Shown: one piece after another, positions 14,547 to 26,535 of the stretch | How positions within the stretch are numbered: the first letter of the stretch is position 1 | Layout: every line of letters starts with the position of its first letter | NCBI GenBank assembly: GCA_951406725.2 | Contig: OX597825.1 | Coordinates: 12,338,001-12,402,000 of the forward strand | Length of the DNA: 64,000 nt | DNA from: Octopus vulgaris | Lineage: Eukaryota | Direction of reading: 5' to 3' | Notes under the pieces: model-generated | The model's database searches: none | Told to the model about the DNA's origin: nothing | What the model saw: only the letters and a program-made list of their open reading frames with translations | Program-made: the position numbers and the translations under genes

Positions 14547-14811
14547 AAAATATAAATTAGAGATAAAACCACTATTATGCAACTCAAACAGTGATAGACA
14601 TAAACCAAAATATAAACAAACAAACAATATATATTTTTATAAAACATATAACTAGATCTCAAAAAAAGTATAAAAATGAATGATCAATATATAATAAGTA
14701 AAATAGTTATATGTTTTATAAAAATATATATCATTTGTTTTTTGTTTTTTTGGTTTATGTCTATTACTGTCTGACTTGCATAATAGTGGTATTATCTCTA
14801 ATTTATATTTT
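14547..14811. repeat. Imperfect inverted repeat, ~107-bp arms, ~49-bp spacer
   Basis: AAAATATAAATTAGAGATAAAACCACTATTATGCAA...ATAACTA mirrored by TAGTTAT...TTGCATAATAGTGGTATTATCTCTAATTTATATTTT. Confidence 0.9.
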
Positions 14812-16109
14812 AGTGCTACAGATTGTAATTACTCATGGAAATTCTGAAAAGACTCTCATTATCTTCTTCCATAATATTACTTTTTAGTTGCTGCTTTCCT
14901 TATTCATGTTTCTACGGTGGTTGTTGAAGTTTTTTATTGTCGTTATCCTTCCTAATTTTATTTTAGATGAGATGCCGCAAAAGGTAGAGTTGACAAGATC
15001 CATTGCCGAAAGAAGAAAAACTATATGATAAAAGGAGTGTCTCGTGTTGCCGATAATTCAAAATTTGCCATTCCTTTACCGAATCCAAATTTCATACAAA
15101 TTTCGACTAACGCTTCTGCTATTTCAATAGCTTTATGCTATTGTAGAGCTTGCTTATGTGTAATTATTCCTATTCACCGTAGGTGAGAATAAGTTTCAGT
15201 ATGAATTCCGACTATTTGTTGCAGGAAACACATAACTATAGCTACAGCTTCTAACGTGAGTAAAACGATTTCTAACTTGAAAAATATTTTCACACTTGTT
15301 TTCGTTTGTTTTCCACAGAAACGTAGTTATTGATCTTTGAGTGTGTTTGTGTACGAGATATTTGTGTATGCGTATTTCTATACATTTGCAAATGGGATTC
15401 TTCTATATTTGTGTATATGTAGAGGTTCTTGTGTATGTGGATTTCTGAGCGTTGGTGTTTAAGTCGCTTCTGGATACGTGTGCGAATATGCATGTGGTGG
15501 TTGCGTATGTTTGACGCGCTGTAATTGTGTACAAAGTGTTTGTGTATGTATGTAGGCGTCCGTGAGCATCTGTCTGTGTCCGAGTTATATGAAATACTAA
15601 ATGAATACGTCAATGAGAGTTTCAATTATTAATGTAGCTATACGCTAGAGTATGAATATTAACAAAGACTTGTCATAGATCTCTGCAGCGCAAGTCAATA
15701 TGCATTAAAATATTATTGAAGCGCTCACGCATGCACACATCCATATTCGTATTCATGTATGTATGTATGCATCTATGTATGTATGCATATGAGTATGTAT
15801 GTATGTATACGCGTTTGTGCGTGTATATATATATATTTGTATATATGCTGGCTCATATAACCCGTATAGAATAGACTGTGTAAGCTTCCTCACCAACGAC
15901 ACATACGTACCGCTGTGTGTATAAGTAATGTATATGCTAACAGAGAAATGACATTGTACTATTGAGTACTGAAATTGTAATCAAAATTATGGTAAACTGT
16001 ATATGGTGTAATAATTACTTCACATTGTGTTTCTATATATATATATATATATATGAATATATGAAGATAGGTAAATATATATATTTATATTTATATAAAT
16101 ATATTTATA

Positions 16110-16505
16110 CTAGCAGTATCGCCCGGCGTTGCTCGGGTTTGTAAGGGAAATAACTATATAAGTATTTTTAGAGAGTTATAGCCGAAAAATAGCAAGAAAT
16201 GCATTAAAAATGGAAAAAAAATGATGGCAATTTTTTAAAAAAATTGTTGACTCATCGTAGACATTTTTAGAGAGTTACTTCCCTTATATAATAGCGAAAA
16301 AATGCATTAAAATGGAAAAAAATTATGGTAATTTCTTTTTTAAATCGTAGACTCATCGTAGACGCGCGCTGATACCCAGAAGGGCTCGATATGAATCACG
16401 AGTATAAGATACCCGGTTTTGGTTAAACTGCACCGCAAAATGTGGGGTAGTTAGGAATCTAAATCGTAGGAGACAGACACACAACTTCTCTTTTATATAT
16501 AAAGA
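16110..16505 (-). mobile_element. Non-autonomous Helitron
   Basis: Same termini and body as 10892-11287. Confidence 0.87.
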
Positions 16506-16530
16506 TATGTGAATATATGATGATAGGTAA

Positions 16531-16646
<116 letters not shown>

Positions 16647-16656
16647 GTATATATAC

Positions 16657-16770
16657 ATTACAACCAGCCAGGAACAGTCTTCGCTACATTTGCGGTACCT
16701 GTCAGAGGGAGTGTTTGTCCAGGATAGGACTACCCAGCCACAGCAGGAAATGTATCAGGAAATAAAATGT
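16657..16770 (+). mobile_element. 3' fragment of RTE-clade LINE (terminal zinc finger)
   Basis: YICGTCQRECLSRIGLPSHSRKC matches the RTE ORF2 terminal C-x2-C...SRIGL.SH...C motif. Confidence 0.75.
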
Positions 16771-16852
16771 ATATATATATATATATATATATATTACGGA
16801 GATGTACTCGCATAGCAAGTAATTTGATCTGAGATCGTGTGCTGAAACGAAA

Positions 16853-17140
16853 ACAATTGCAGCGTGGAAGGTGTTTATAAGCCATTTAAGAAACACACAA
16901 AAGCCGTTCGATTCACTCCAACATTTAAGTTTAATTTGTCAAAATATTTTCGTCGCTAAAATCCGCGACCTGTTCACTGACAAAGTCCGTGCTGCATCTC
17001 TTGCAGCACGGACTTTGTCAGTGAACAGGTCGCGGATTTTAGCGACGAAAATATTTTGACAAATTAAACTTAAATGTTGGAGTGAATCGAACGGCTTTTG
17101 TGTGTTTCTTAAATGGCTTATAAACACCTTCCACGCTGCA

Positions 17141-17145
<5 letters not shown>
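16853..17145. repeat. Perfect 144-bp inverted repeat with 5-nt loop (PLE-type inverted terminal structure)
   Basis: 16853-16996 is the reverse complement of 17002-17145, loop TCTCT; (TA)n on both sides. Confidence 0.97.
17014..17063 (+). ncRNA. Minimal type-I hammerhead ribozyme motif with G3-C8 core variant (mirror copy at 16935-16984 on minus)
   Basis: Stem I TTTGTCA/TGACAAA; core GTGAACA-G; stem II GTCGC/GCGAC; GAA; stem III palindrome AATATT; cleavage-site U. Confidence 0.7.
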
Positions 17146-17180
<35 letters not shown>

Positions 17181-17227
17181 AACATATATATATATTTATA
17201 TATATTATATTTGAATATATGAAGATA

Positions 17228-17267
<40 letters not shown>

Positions 17268-17272
<5 letters not shown>

Positions 17273-17700
17273 CGAGGAAGGTATGCAGTGATATACATAT
17301 GGAAGATCTTGGAAGATCACTCTACTTGGGAAAGCTATACCGGTCATCGAAATGGACGGCACCTCATAATACCAAAGACCCTGTCTTCTTCATCTCGAAT
17401 ATAGAGCTAGTGCCGCCCGGGGCAGCTTGGGTTTCACGAGACAACAACTAGCTAACATCCTGCCAAACAACGTCAGAGATTTCCGAGGTATAGATGTGAA
17501 AATCTTCAATAAAGCACCAGGATAAATTTGTATTTGAAATCCCTGATGAACTCAGATCGCGGCTGGAAGCACAAAGAATAGCGACTCTATCCAACTCGTT
17601 TCTTCACCAAATGCAATTCGGAAAGGAGATCCAAAAATACTGAAAGGCAATGCCGCAACATAACTTCAGCCTGTGGTTGAAACCAGCAAAACAATAACAG
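17268..17700 (+). mobile_element. Decayed 3' end of CR1-like LINE
   Basis: [15 protein letters not shown]...NILPNNVRDFRGIDVKIF...IPDE; same family as 42790-43155. Confidence 0.75.
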
Positions 17701-17708
17701 CATAAAAG

Positions 17709-17780
<72 letters not shown>

Positions 17781-18020
17781 AACACACACACACACACACA
17801 CACATACATATACATACGGACATACGGGGCTCGAGAATAGTTCATGGAACTTTGGATGTAAAATTAGAGTAACGTATTTCACAGATTACCAGTAGTTTCC
17901 GGTGCTGGCAGATCTCGTCGCTGTAGCTCACCGATATTGCCCATGGAAATTAGTTTTCCTACAGTCCCCTTTTAATATGCTTATTGTCATATATATATCT
18001 CTCTCTCTATATATATATAT

Positions 18021-18278
18021 AAATAAATGAAAGAATGGAGTTTAACAAATGGAGTTTAACGACGATTTAACAAAATTCCTTTATTCTCGACATATGTTTC
18101 GAAGGCTGCATATTCCTAATTTCGAAGGAATAAGGGGTGCATTATGCCGCCTTCTCATCAGGAAAAACAAGGAACTTATGTCAGCATCAAGATGAACAAA
18201 AACTCTTTGATGACTGCCCACAGGGAGTCCATAGCGATAATGTTAAATCGTCGTTCAACTCCATTCTTTCATTTATTT
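18021..18278 (-). mobile_element. Small inverted-repeat element enclosing a hammerhead (PLE-derived)
   Basis: AAATAAATGAAAGAATGGAGTT.AACGACGATTTAACA at left (with 14-bp duplication), inverted at 18241-18278. Confidence 0.75.
18076..18174 (-). ncRNA. Type-I hammerhead ribozyme motif with canonical core
   Basis: TTTTC-CTGATGA-GAAGGC(long loop)GCCTTC-GAA-ACATATGT-C-GAGAA: intact core, 6-bp stem II, palindromic stem III, GUC cleavage triplet. Confidence 0.85.
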
Positions 18279-19467
18279 GTATAAAAAAAACACACAAATT
18301 TCCACACGAAAGCACGTGATCTCTGCCCTTGGCATGTAGCTTCAACCATTTTTTCTGACGTGAATTTGCTACCCAGGTATCGGTTAACCGAATTATCCAT
18401 ACTAAGATAATTCATTCAACTACTTATATATAAATATATATATGCATATATACACGAAATTTTAAATTTAGTTCGCGAAACCTCAGTATTACCTTTCTAG
18501 ACCATCACTGGCCCGCGGACTGCATGTTGCATACCATTGGTATAATTGATTATTGTTATGAATGTACATTTTCAACTGCTGTTATGCAATGCCAATATCA
18601 AATTGCTACCAAGATTGCATCAATTTTACATGTTTTTTCTTTCAAAATTATATATTCCAGTGTGCTCGAGCTCCCCACGCAGATCTTCTAGTTTTCCAGC
18701 GGAGTTGTACAAATACTAACATATAAGCCAATATCTACATTCGCTTTTCTAGAAGTCAGTGCGAAAATACACGTGAAATACTGCTAAGCATTTTGCCCGG
18801 CCTGCTATCGATTCTGTCAAACCGCCACCTTCCTTCCTGTGGTAATATTGATATAACAAGCTGCACATGACAACCATTTTCTCTCTTTTTCGTTGGTGAA
18901 TTACGCAACGTGTGCTTTGGTACTGAAAACTTATTTTTATGGTAGTCTCATCATTCTGTTCTGTCGTTTAATTCTACAATCATTTTTATGATCTTAGACA
19001 CTATGTTCCTTCACATGGTGAACCTCTCGACGAATGAACTGTTTTTCTCAGAGTTCCACTGTGAAAGAAAATTTCTCATGAAATGTCTAAATTCTTATAA
19101 CGTTAACATTTAAAAATTAATGGCGTGCCATGAAATCGAGAGCCATTCGCTTTTGAGACTTCACATCATTTCCATTCTCGATTCTGTTTCAATATTTCTC
19201 CCTCTGTTTCTCTTTATATTTTTTCTCTTTCTTCTTTCATTCCTTCTGTCTTAGTAACTGTCGAAGTGAATAGTCATCTAAACAAGGATAAAAACGCAGG
19301 GGAAATATACCAGAATTGTATATTTTGTGTATCTTTTTCCTTTTTGTTTAATTAATATTGACAAAGCTGAGTGCCTGTTGCGTCGTTGTGCACTTTTAGT
19401 GATTCAATATTTCGTTTAGTGGAACAAAATGTGTACTGCCTAAACTCATATCTTTTATATATATATA

Positions 19468-19724
19468 TTCTTTTACTTGTTTCAGTCATTTGACTGTGGC
19501 CATGCTGGAGCACCACCTTTAGTCGAGCCAATCGATCACAGGACTTATTCTTTGTAAGCCTAGTACTTATTCTATCGGTCTCTTTTGCCGAAACGCTAGG
19601 TTACGGGGACGTAAACATACCAGCATCGGTTGTCAAGCGATGTTGCCGGAAGAAACACAGACATACAAACACATACACGCACACATACAAGCACATACAT
19701 ACATACATACATACATACATACAT

Positions 19725-19818
<94 letters not shown>

Positions 19819-19938
19819 TGAGAGAGAGATACGACAGGATTCTTTCAGTTTTCGCCGACCAAATCCACTCACAAGGCTTTCAGTGGGACTGAACCCGGAA
19901 CCATAGGATTGGTAAGCAAGCTACTTACCACACAGCCA
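19468..19938 (-). mobile_element. SINE family B with expanded internal microsatellite
   Basis: Family B tail and head flank (CATA)n(CA)n(TA)n(GA)n. Confidence 0.9.
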
Positions 19939-19941
19939 CAT

Positions 19942-20032
<91 letters not shown>

Positions 20033-20387
20033 CATACATACATAGTGCTCGTGAAAAAAAAAATGTTTTTCCTCGTCTAGGCTTATAGGCCCTCTTTATT
20101 TGTTTTCCTGTCCTTTTCTATTCCTTCTTGTACTGTATTTTTTGTAATTGTATTTTATTTTGTATTTGTTTTGCATTGTATTGTTTTTACGTCCTGTTTT
20201 TGTCACATTTTTTTCCTTGTTTTTACCCCTCTGCAAAGGAATTTTATTTAATTCTTTCGCAGGAAGGACTAGTTCGACGAGACGTGTTCTGTCCTCATCT
20301 TCGAAACATTTTATTTATTACACTGTTATATATATATATATAGATATATATATATAATAATAATATGAGGGAATACAATTCCAAACT

Positions 20388-20428
<41 letters not shown>

Positions 20429-21199
20429 CTGTTTGTGTGCGTGTGTGTGTATGTGTGTGTGTATATGTATGTATGTATATTTGTGTGTCTCTGCTCTTCA
20501 CTGGACGTGTGAATCTATGAAACATGTGTATTTGGATGGGTTACAACAACCCTTTTGCATTTCGCTAATTTTGCAACGTAATTCAACTTTAAATATTAAC
20601 TATGTACAGAACTTTATTCGTTGTCTCTGCTTTCAATATTAAACTCAAACGATTGTTTTGTTTCGACCATAATTCATAAACTGACTCACCGATATATCAG
20701 TTTTCTCTTATACAGACCGACAATCCTTTCAATGGTGCAATTACTATAAAACCTGTTCACGCCAATTTCTCTTTCCAACTCCAGAGATAAGGACAGTTCT
20801 TTTGATTCTCAATAGGGCTTTTATATAAAACTCCAAAACCAGTTCCTAGATTGTTGATTTGTTTGGAAATATTTAGTCATGTTTCAATACTTGTTATTCT
20901 AATCCCGTAACACTTTCTGATTCTCCCTGCGTCATGTGACTTATTACATGTTTCTGCACAAATTCCTGTTACCTGCTTCCTGTCTGTTTGTTTGTCTTTC
21001 AGTATGTATGTCTGTCTGTGTGTGTGTGTCTCTTTCTCCCACTCTCTAGCTCTGTTCTTTTTATCTCTCTCTGTCTCTCTCGCTATGTCTTTCTCCCTCT
21101 TACACGGACCTTCCTCTTTCCGTATCACTGAATCCTCCATATTCTTTCCAGCTAATTATCAAAGGCACTGTTGATATTCTAATATTGCAATCAGTGCTT

Positions 21200-22235
21200 T
21201 TGTTGTAGATGACGAAATGGCTCCATTAAATTTGATCGGGTGAAAGAAAAAAATTAAGCCATTATCAATGGGCATGCAACATTGTTACCCCAACATGGTG
21301 CTAAGGCCAAACCGGATACATTATTGTAAGGACTAAATCATTTTATATTCAGTAAGCACTGAATGATTTCGTTAAGTGTTTGAAATCCCAGTCGACGTCA
21401 CTTGGTAGTGTTTAGATAACTTCGCTTTACATTTAACAAATATTTGCTTACAAAGAGATAGGCTCCAGAATGGCAGTAACCTTTATCAGAACAAAGACGC
21501 TTTTGGTCATCATATTTATAATTAAGGGTTCATTTATCGAAACACTTTGAAAACAAAATGTGCGCTTGGGTGGTTTATATAAAATTCTTTTATATTATTG
21601 TAACATATATGGTTCTGATTAAATTCTGTCCACGAACATTTACAGTGTGATTTGGAAGAATGTTCTAAATGTTTTTACAATATTCTGTGTACAATATTTC
21701 AATGTTTCCAAACCCTATGAGATCAAATTGTTAATTTTATATGTTTTATGTTTTCGGACCTAATAAAATCACACTGATTAAGAATATCGATCACAATATT
21801 TCTCTCCTTTACGGAAAAAATGGGAAGCAAAGAAACTATACTTCTTAATTCTATTGCTGAATCAATATTTAATTTATCAATTTCTGGAAACTAATACACC
21901 GCATCTGTGTCGTTAATACCCCAAGGAAAACAAGAACATCACAAATTCAAAACCAACTCTCAATGAAATCTGCTGCATCACGTTTTGTCACTTGAAAAGG
22001 TTTCCTGATGTTATTTGATTGAAATATATATGAACTAATGTCTTCCACGCGGGGATTAGAGAAGTAGAATTCATTTCTAGGTATCGGAATCAGGTCATTT
22101 CTAAGTTTCAGTAGCGACTCTTGTACTTTTGGTACCCGCCGCAACGAATTGCTACTAAAAATTGACAAACATATATTCTGATGCTACACAACGATTCTGT
22201 TTCAAAACAAAAGTTATATATTACCGAATGAAGTA
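21200..22235 (-). pseudogene. Possible heavily decayed intronless ubiquitin-specific protease (C19-like) relic
   Basis: In USP order, with stops/frameshifts: FGNI/YNFCF (Cys box-like), KRDAADFIES, VFLGVLTTQMRCIS, SGLAL/HHVGVTMLHAH (His box-like), IKFNG. Confidence 0.4.
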
Positions 22236-22419
22236 CATGCGGCTCAATTCTGTCACACACATATGAATATGTTAATTAATGGTCTGTTCCACAGCTAACG
22301 GGTTCAGTCCCGCTGTGTGGCACCCTGGACAAGTATCTTCTATTATAGCCCCAGTTTAAGCAATGCCAGGTGAGTTAAAATTGCGAAGAAGACCGTCATA
22401 AATATATATATATATATTT

Positions 22420-22975
22420 CCTATTTAGTACTGGGGATGTTTCATTTGTGAAGACGTACTCCTGTATTTGTCTGAGTGTTGGATCGTTCGGGTACGTGGA
22501 TAAAACACGGTTGTCATGTTGCCCTAGTGTGCCTCCATGCTGGTGTTTGGCATGTTGGTAGAATATGATGGACAGTTTTTTGTTGTCATATTGTCTCCAA
22601 TGTACATTTCGTCCCTCTACAATGCTTCTAGATGTCTCACCTGGTATAACATGTTCACTTCTTTACAAGTACCTTCTATTCACCTTATACTGTAGACGAC
22701 ATTTCTAGTTCTACAGTTAATTCCAGGGTTCATCTTGCACACTATGCAGTTATCATTGGTGCTTGTGGTATCCTCACAGGGGTATGTCCTAAATAGTTGT
22801 GATCTGATGGAGCTCCCTGGCGTTTCAATGATCTTAATGTTGAGTTTGGCCTCCTTCAGAGCATTACTAGTTCTCCATGGGCCTCCACACACATCACGCC
22901 TTGATATTTGTCTGTCTTCTACCACGTGTTCACCCTGTTTGCTTTGTTAAACATAGCTTGCCAGGTATATTTATT
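22420..22975 (-). mobile_element. Penelope-like element relic, GIY-YIG endonuclease region
   Basis: KIIETPGSSIRSQL...NCIVCKMNPGINCRTRNVVYSIR resembles the PLE CxxC...C...NVVY.I.C linker and GIY-YIG start; stops follow. Confidence 0.7.
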
Positions 22976-23205
22976 GGCGGCGAGCTGGCAGAATCGTTAG
23001 CACGTCGGGCGAAATGCTTAGCTGTATTTCGGCTGCCGTTACGTTGTGAGTTCAAATTCCACCGAGGTCGACTTTGCCTTTCATCCTTTCGGGGTCCATA
23101 AATTAAGTACCAGTTAAACACTGGGGTCGATATAATCGACATAATACCTATGTCTGTCCATGTTTGTCCCCTCTATGTTTAGCCCCTTGTGGGTAATAAA
23201 GAAAT
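22976..23205 (+). mobile_element. SINE family A with 13-bp TSD
   Basis: AGGTATATTTATT at 22963-22975 and 23206-23218. Confidence 0.94.
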
Positions 23206-23550
23206 AGGTATATTTATTGAATATTTTTGAGGTTACATGTAACCTTTGGGTATCGTTCGCCTAAGATTCTTGGTGACACTAAAATACGCTTCAGCATGCC
23301 AACTACTGGCTTGATTGTAACCAACTAGAACATTCTTCACGAGGGAAGAAATTTTTTGCGCATTCAAATAGACAGATATACGCTTAGGGCTGACTAGCAA
23401 CAGCAAGCAATTTCTTCGAGCGATATTTCTCAGGATCCTATAAAATGTAAGACTCTGACAAAAGACGAAGTCAGTCATGGCATATAGACTTTTCATTCAT
23501 TGAATATTATAATTCCAGCTTAATAATTAACTGATTTTACCCTTAATTAT

Positions 23551-23615
<65 letters not shown>

Positions 23616-23748
23616 GGTATGTAGAAAAATACAACATGGACAAGAACGTATAACTCTTAGAAGACGACACAATAAACACGGACAGGACATTCGAACCCTC
23701 AGTCTTCAGTCAAGAACCGGATCATCGTAGTAATTTCGGCTGATTAAT

Positions 23749-23786
<38 letters not shown>

Positions 23787-23965
23787 CATACATACATACA
23801 TACACACACGTATGTATATATATAATATTATAAACCTAATTATAAGAAGGGGTCGGGTTAACACATCACGAAGCGCTGCTAAAAATAGACGGTAATGTCT
23901 TTTTTTTACTACCTTAAAATCTCCGAAAAAAACACACTTAAAATAACGAATCAAAACATACTTAA

Positions 23966-24423
23966 CCGTAGACGCGTTTCGAACTTAAAGTAAAAATAAA
24001 AAATGGAAGCACTCCGTCGGTTACGACGATGAGGGTTCCGGTTGATCCGAATCAACGGAACAGCCTGCTCGTGAAATTAACGTTTAAGTGGCTGAGCACT
24101 CCACAGACACGTGTACCCTTAACGTAGTTCTGGGGGATATTCAGCGTGACACAGAGAGTGACAAGGCCGGCCCTTTGAAATACAGGTACAACAGAAATAG
24201 GAAGTAAGAGTGAGAGAAAGTTGTGGTGAAAGAGTACAGCAGGGATCACCACCATCCCCTGCCGGAGCCTCGTGGAGTTTTTTTAGATCTTTTCGCTCAA
24301 TAAACACTCACAACGCCCGGTCTGGGAATCGAAACCGCGATCTTAAGACCGCGAGTTCACTGCCCTAACCAGTGGTCCATTGCGCCTGTAAAAATAATTT
24401 TACTTACTGTCTCATCAGTATGG
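23966..24423 (-). ncRNA. Hammerhead ribozyme motif interrupted by a SINE in stem II
   Basis: CCATA-CTGATGA-GA.. at 24423-24410 and ..TC-GAA-ACGCGT-C-TACGG at 23982-23966 rejoin when the SINE and one TSD are removed. Confidence 0.7.
24000..24387 (-). mobile_element. SINE family C (tRNA-like head) with 10-bp TSD
   Basis: Head GGCGCAATGGACCACTGGTTAGGGCAG...GGTTTCGATTCCC; TSD GTAAAAATAA at 23990-23999 and 24388-24397; second copy at 36001-36384. Confidence 0.92.
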
Positions 24424-24953
24424 CAACCCCTTAAAACATAAATCCACGAGTATTTAAATATTATGCACCTGATCACGTGACATCAAGTTTCTTATATCCA
24501 TCCACACTCGCAAAATTATACTGCCGCGTTTAATTCAAATCTCACTTTTATACCCACGAATGTGCCTCGCAGTGAGACTGAACCTTGGCACATGCAGGGG
24601 TGAGGCTAGTTTCTTGCTACAGAGGCACGCCTCTGTGCCTCCACAAATCCATGCCTGAGCCTCCTAATATTGATGTCAGATAGATTTTGTTCAGTCGAGG
24701 ATTAATCTTCGTCTCTCAGTATCGACAGATTTTGCCTTAGAATGCAGTTGGTAAGGAGTAAATACTACGGACAAGTGGTGTAATGCACTTCCAGTAGTCT
24801 TATCTTCGCTGTTGGACGATTTTCGTTGTTACTGATATATTTGTGTATTTCAACAAAGTACCTCCCAACACAGTACGCTGCCACCTTACCATTTTGGAAT
24901 ATATATGCATTATGTTTGATACACATTAAATATATATATATATATATATATAT

Positions 24954-24998
<45 letters not shown>

Positions 24999-25255
24999 GA
25001 GAGATAAGTTGAAAGATGTATACACAAACATATGTCTCACTGAATCTGCCTATCTAGTTCTCTATCTATATGTGTGCATGTGTGTGTTTCTATGTGTGTA
25101 CATATATATGTGTGTGTGTGTGTGTGTGTGTAATAAGTAATGGACCGCAACATAGACCGAATTTGCTTATATATATATATATATATATATATGTTGAAAG
25201 ATATAGATATAGATAGATATATAGATAGATATATAGATAGAGAGGGAGAGAGATT

Positions 25256-25292
<37 letters not shown>

Positions 25293-25524
25293 AGCATATG
25301 ATTGTATTTTATGCTCACTATCTACAGCAAGTGAGGAGTTACATCTTTATTCGAAGATGGAAAGAGAGGACTGAATATATTTGCACGGTTCTCGCCAGTC
25401 TTTAAAGTCCCCGCGACAACGTGTCCCGTAGATTGAAGCACTCAACAGCCTCGACTTTCATGAAAATTAAACTCAAATGAAATGTTATGCCCCCTCTCCG
25501 TATCAGAGGGAAATACGGTACACC

Positions 25525-26535
25525 TTTCGCTTATGATTATTTCAACTCTATGAGAGGTACTCCAGCTATGGTAAATTGTTCCTAACACCTGCATCTACCT
25601 TGTAGAATTAGGCTTTTCGTTTTTGATAAGTTAAAGTGTTACTAGCAATAACTAAAACGATAACATAAACTTTTCCCTTTTGATTATTTCAATTTTATGA
25701 GAGGTACTCCAACTATGGTAAACTTTTCTTAACACCTGCATCTACCTTGTAGAATTAGGCTTTTCGTTTTTGATAAGTTAAAGGGTTACTAGCAAGAACT
25801 AAAACGAAATTTTCCCGTTTGATTATTTCAACTTTATGAGAGGTACTCCAGCTATGGTAAACTGTTCCTAACACCTACATATACCTTGTAGAATTAGACT
25901 TTTCGTTTTTGATAAGTTAAAGGGTTACTAGCAAGAACTAAAACGATAACATAAACTTTTCCCTTTTGATTATTTCAATTTTATGAGAGGTACTCCAACT
26001 ATGGTAAACTTTTCCTAACACCTACATCTGCCTTGTAGAATTAGGCTTTTCGTTTTTGATAAGTTAAAAGGTTACTAGCAAGAACTAAAACAAAATTTTC
26101 CCTTTTGATTATTTCAATTTTATGAGAGGTACTCCAGCTATGGTAAACTGTTCCTAACACCTACATCTACCTTGTAGAATTAGGCTTTTCGATTTTGATA
26201 AGTTAAAAGGTTACTAGCAAGAACTAAAACAAAATTTTCCCGTTTGATTATTTCAACTTTATGAGAGGTACTCCAGCTATGGTAAACTGTTCCTAACACC
26301 TGCATCTACCTTGTAGAATTAGGCTTTTCGTTTTTAATATGTTAAAGGGTTACTAGCAAGAACTAAAACGATAACATAAAATTTTCCCTCATGATTATTT
26401 CAACTTTATGAGAGGTGCTCCAGCTATGGTAAACTGTTCCTAACACCTACATCTACCTTGTAGAATTATACTTCTGGTTTTTGATAAGTTAAAGGGTTAC
26501 TAGCAAGAACTAAAACGATAACATAAAATTTTCTG
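25525..26535. repeat. Tandem array of 7 units of 139/147 bp
   Basis: TGATTATTTCAA recurs at 25534, 25681, 25820, 25967, 26106, 26245, 26392. Confidence 0.97.

Noticed and set aside
23615-23750. Hammerhead in PLE-like remnant (CTGAAGA on minus)
   Set aside because: Stems cannot be completed; truncated by (TA)n
25525-26535. CRISPR array or coding repeat
   Set aside because: No unique spacers, eukaryotic context, 139-bp units break frame and no ORF is present
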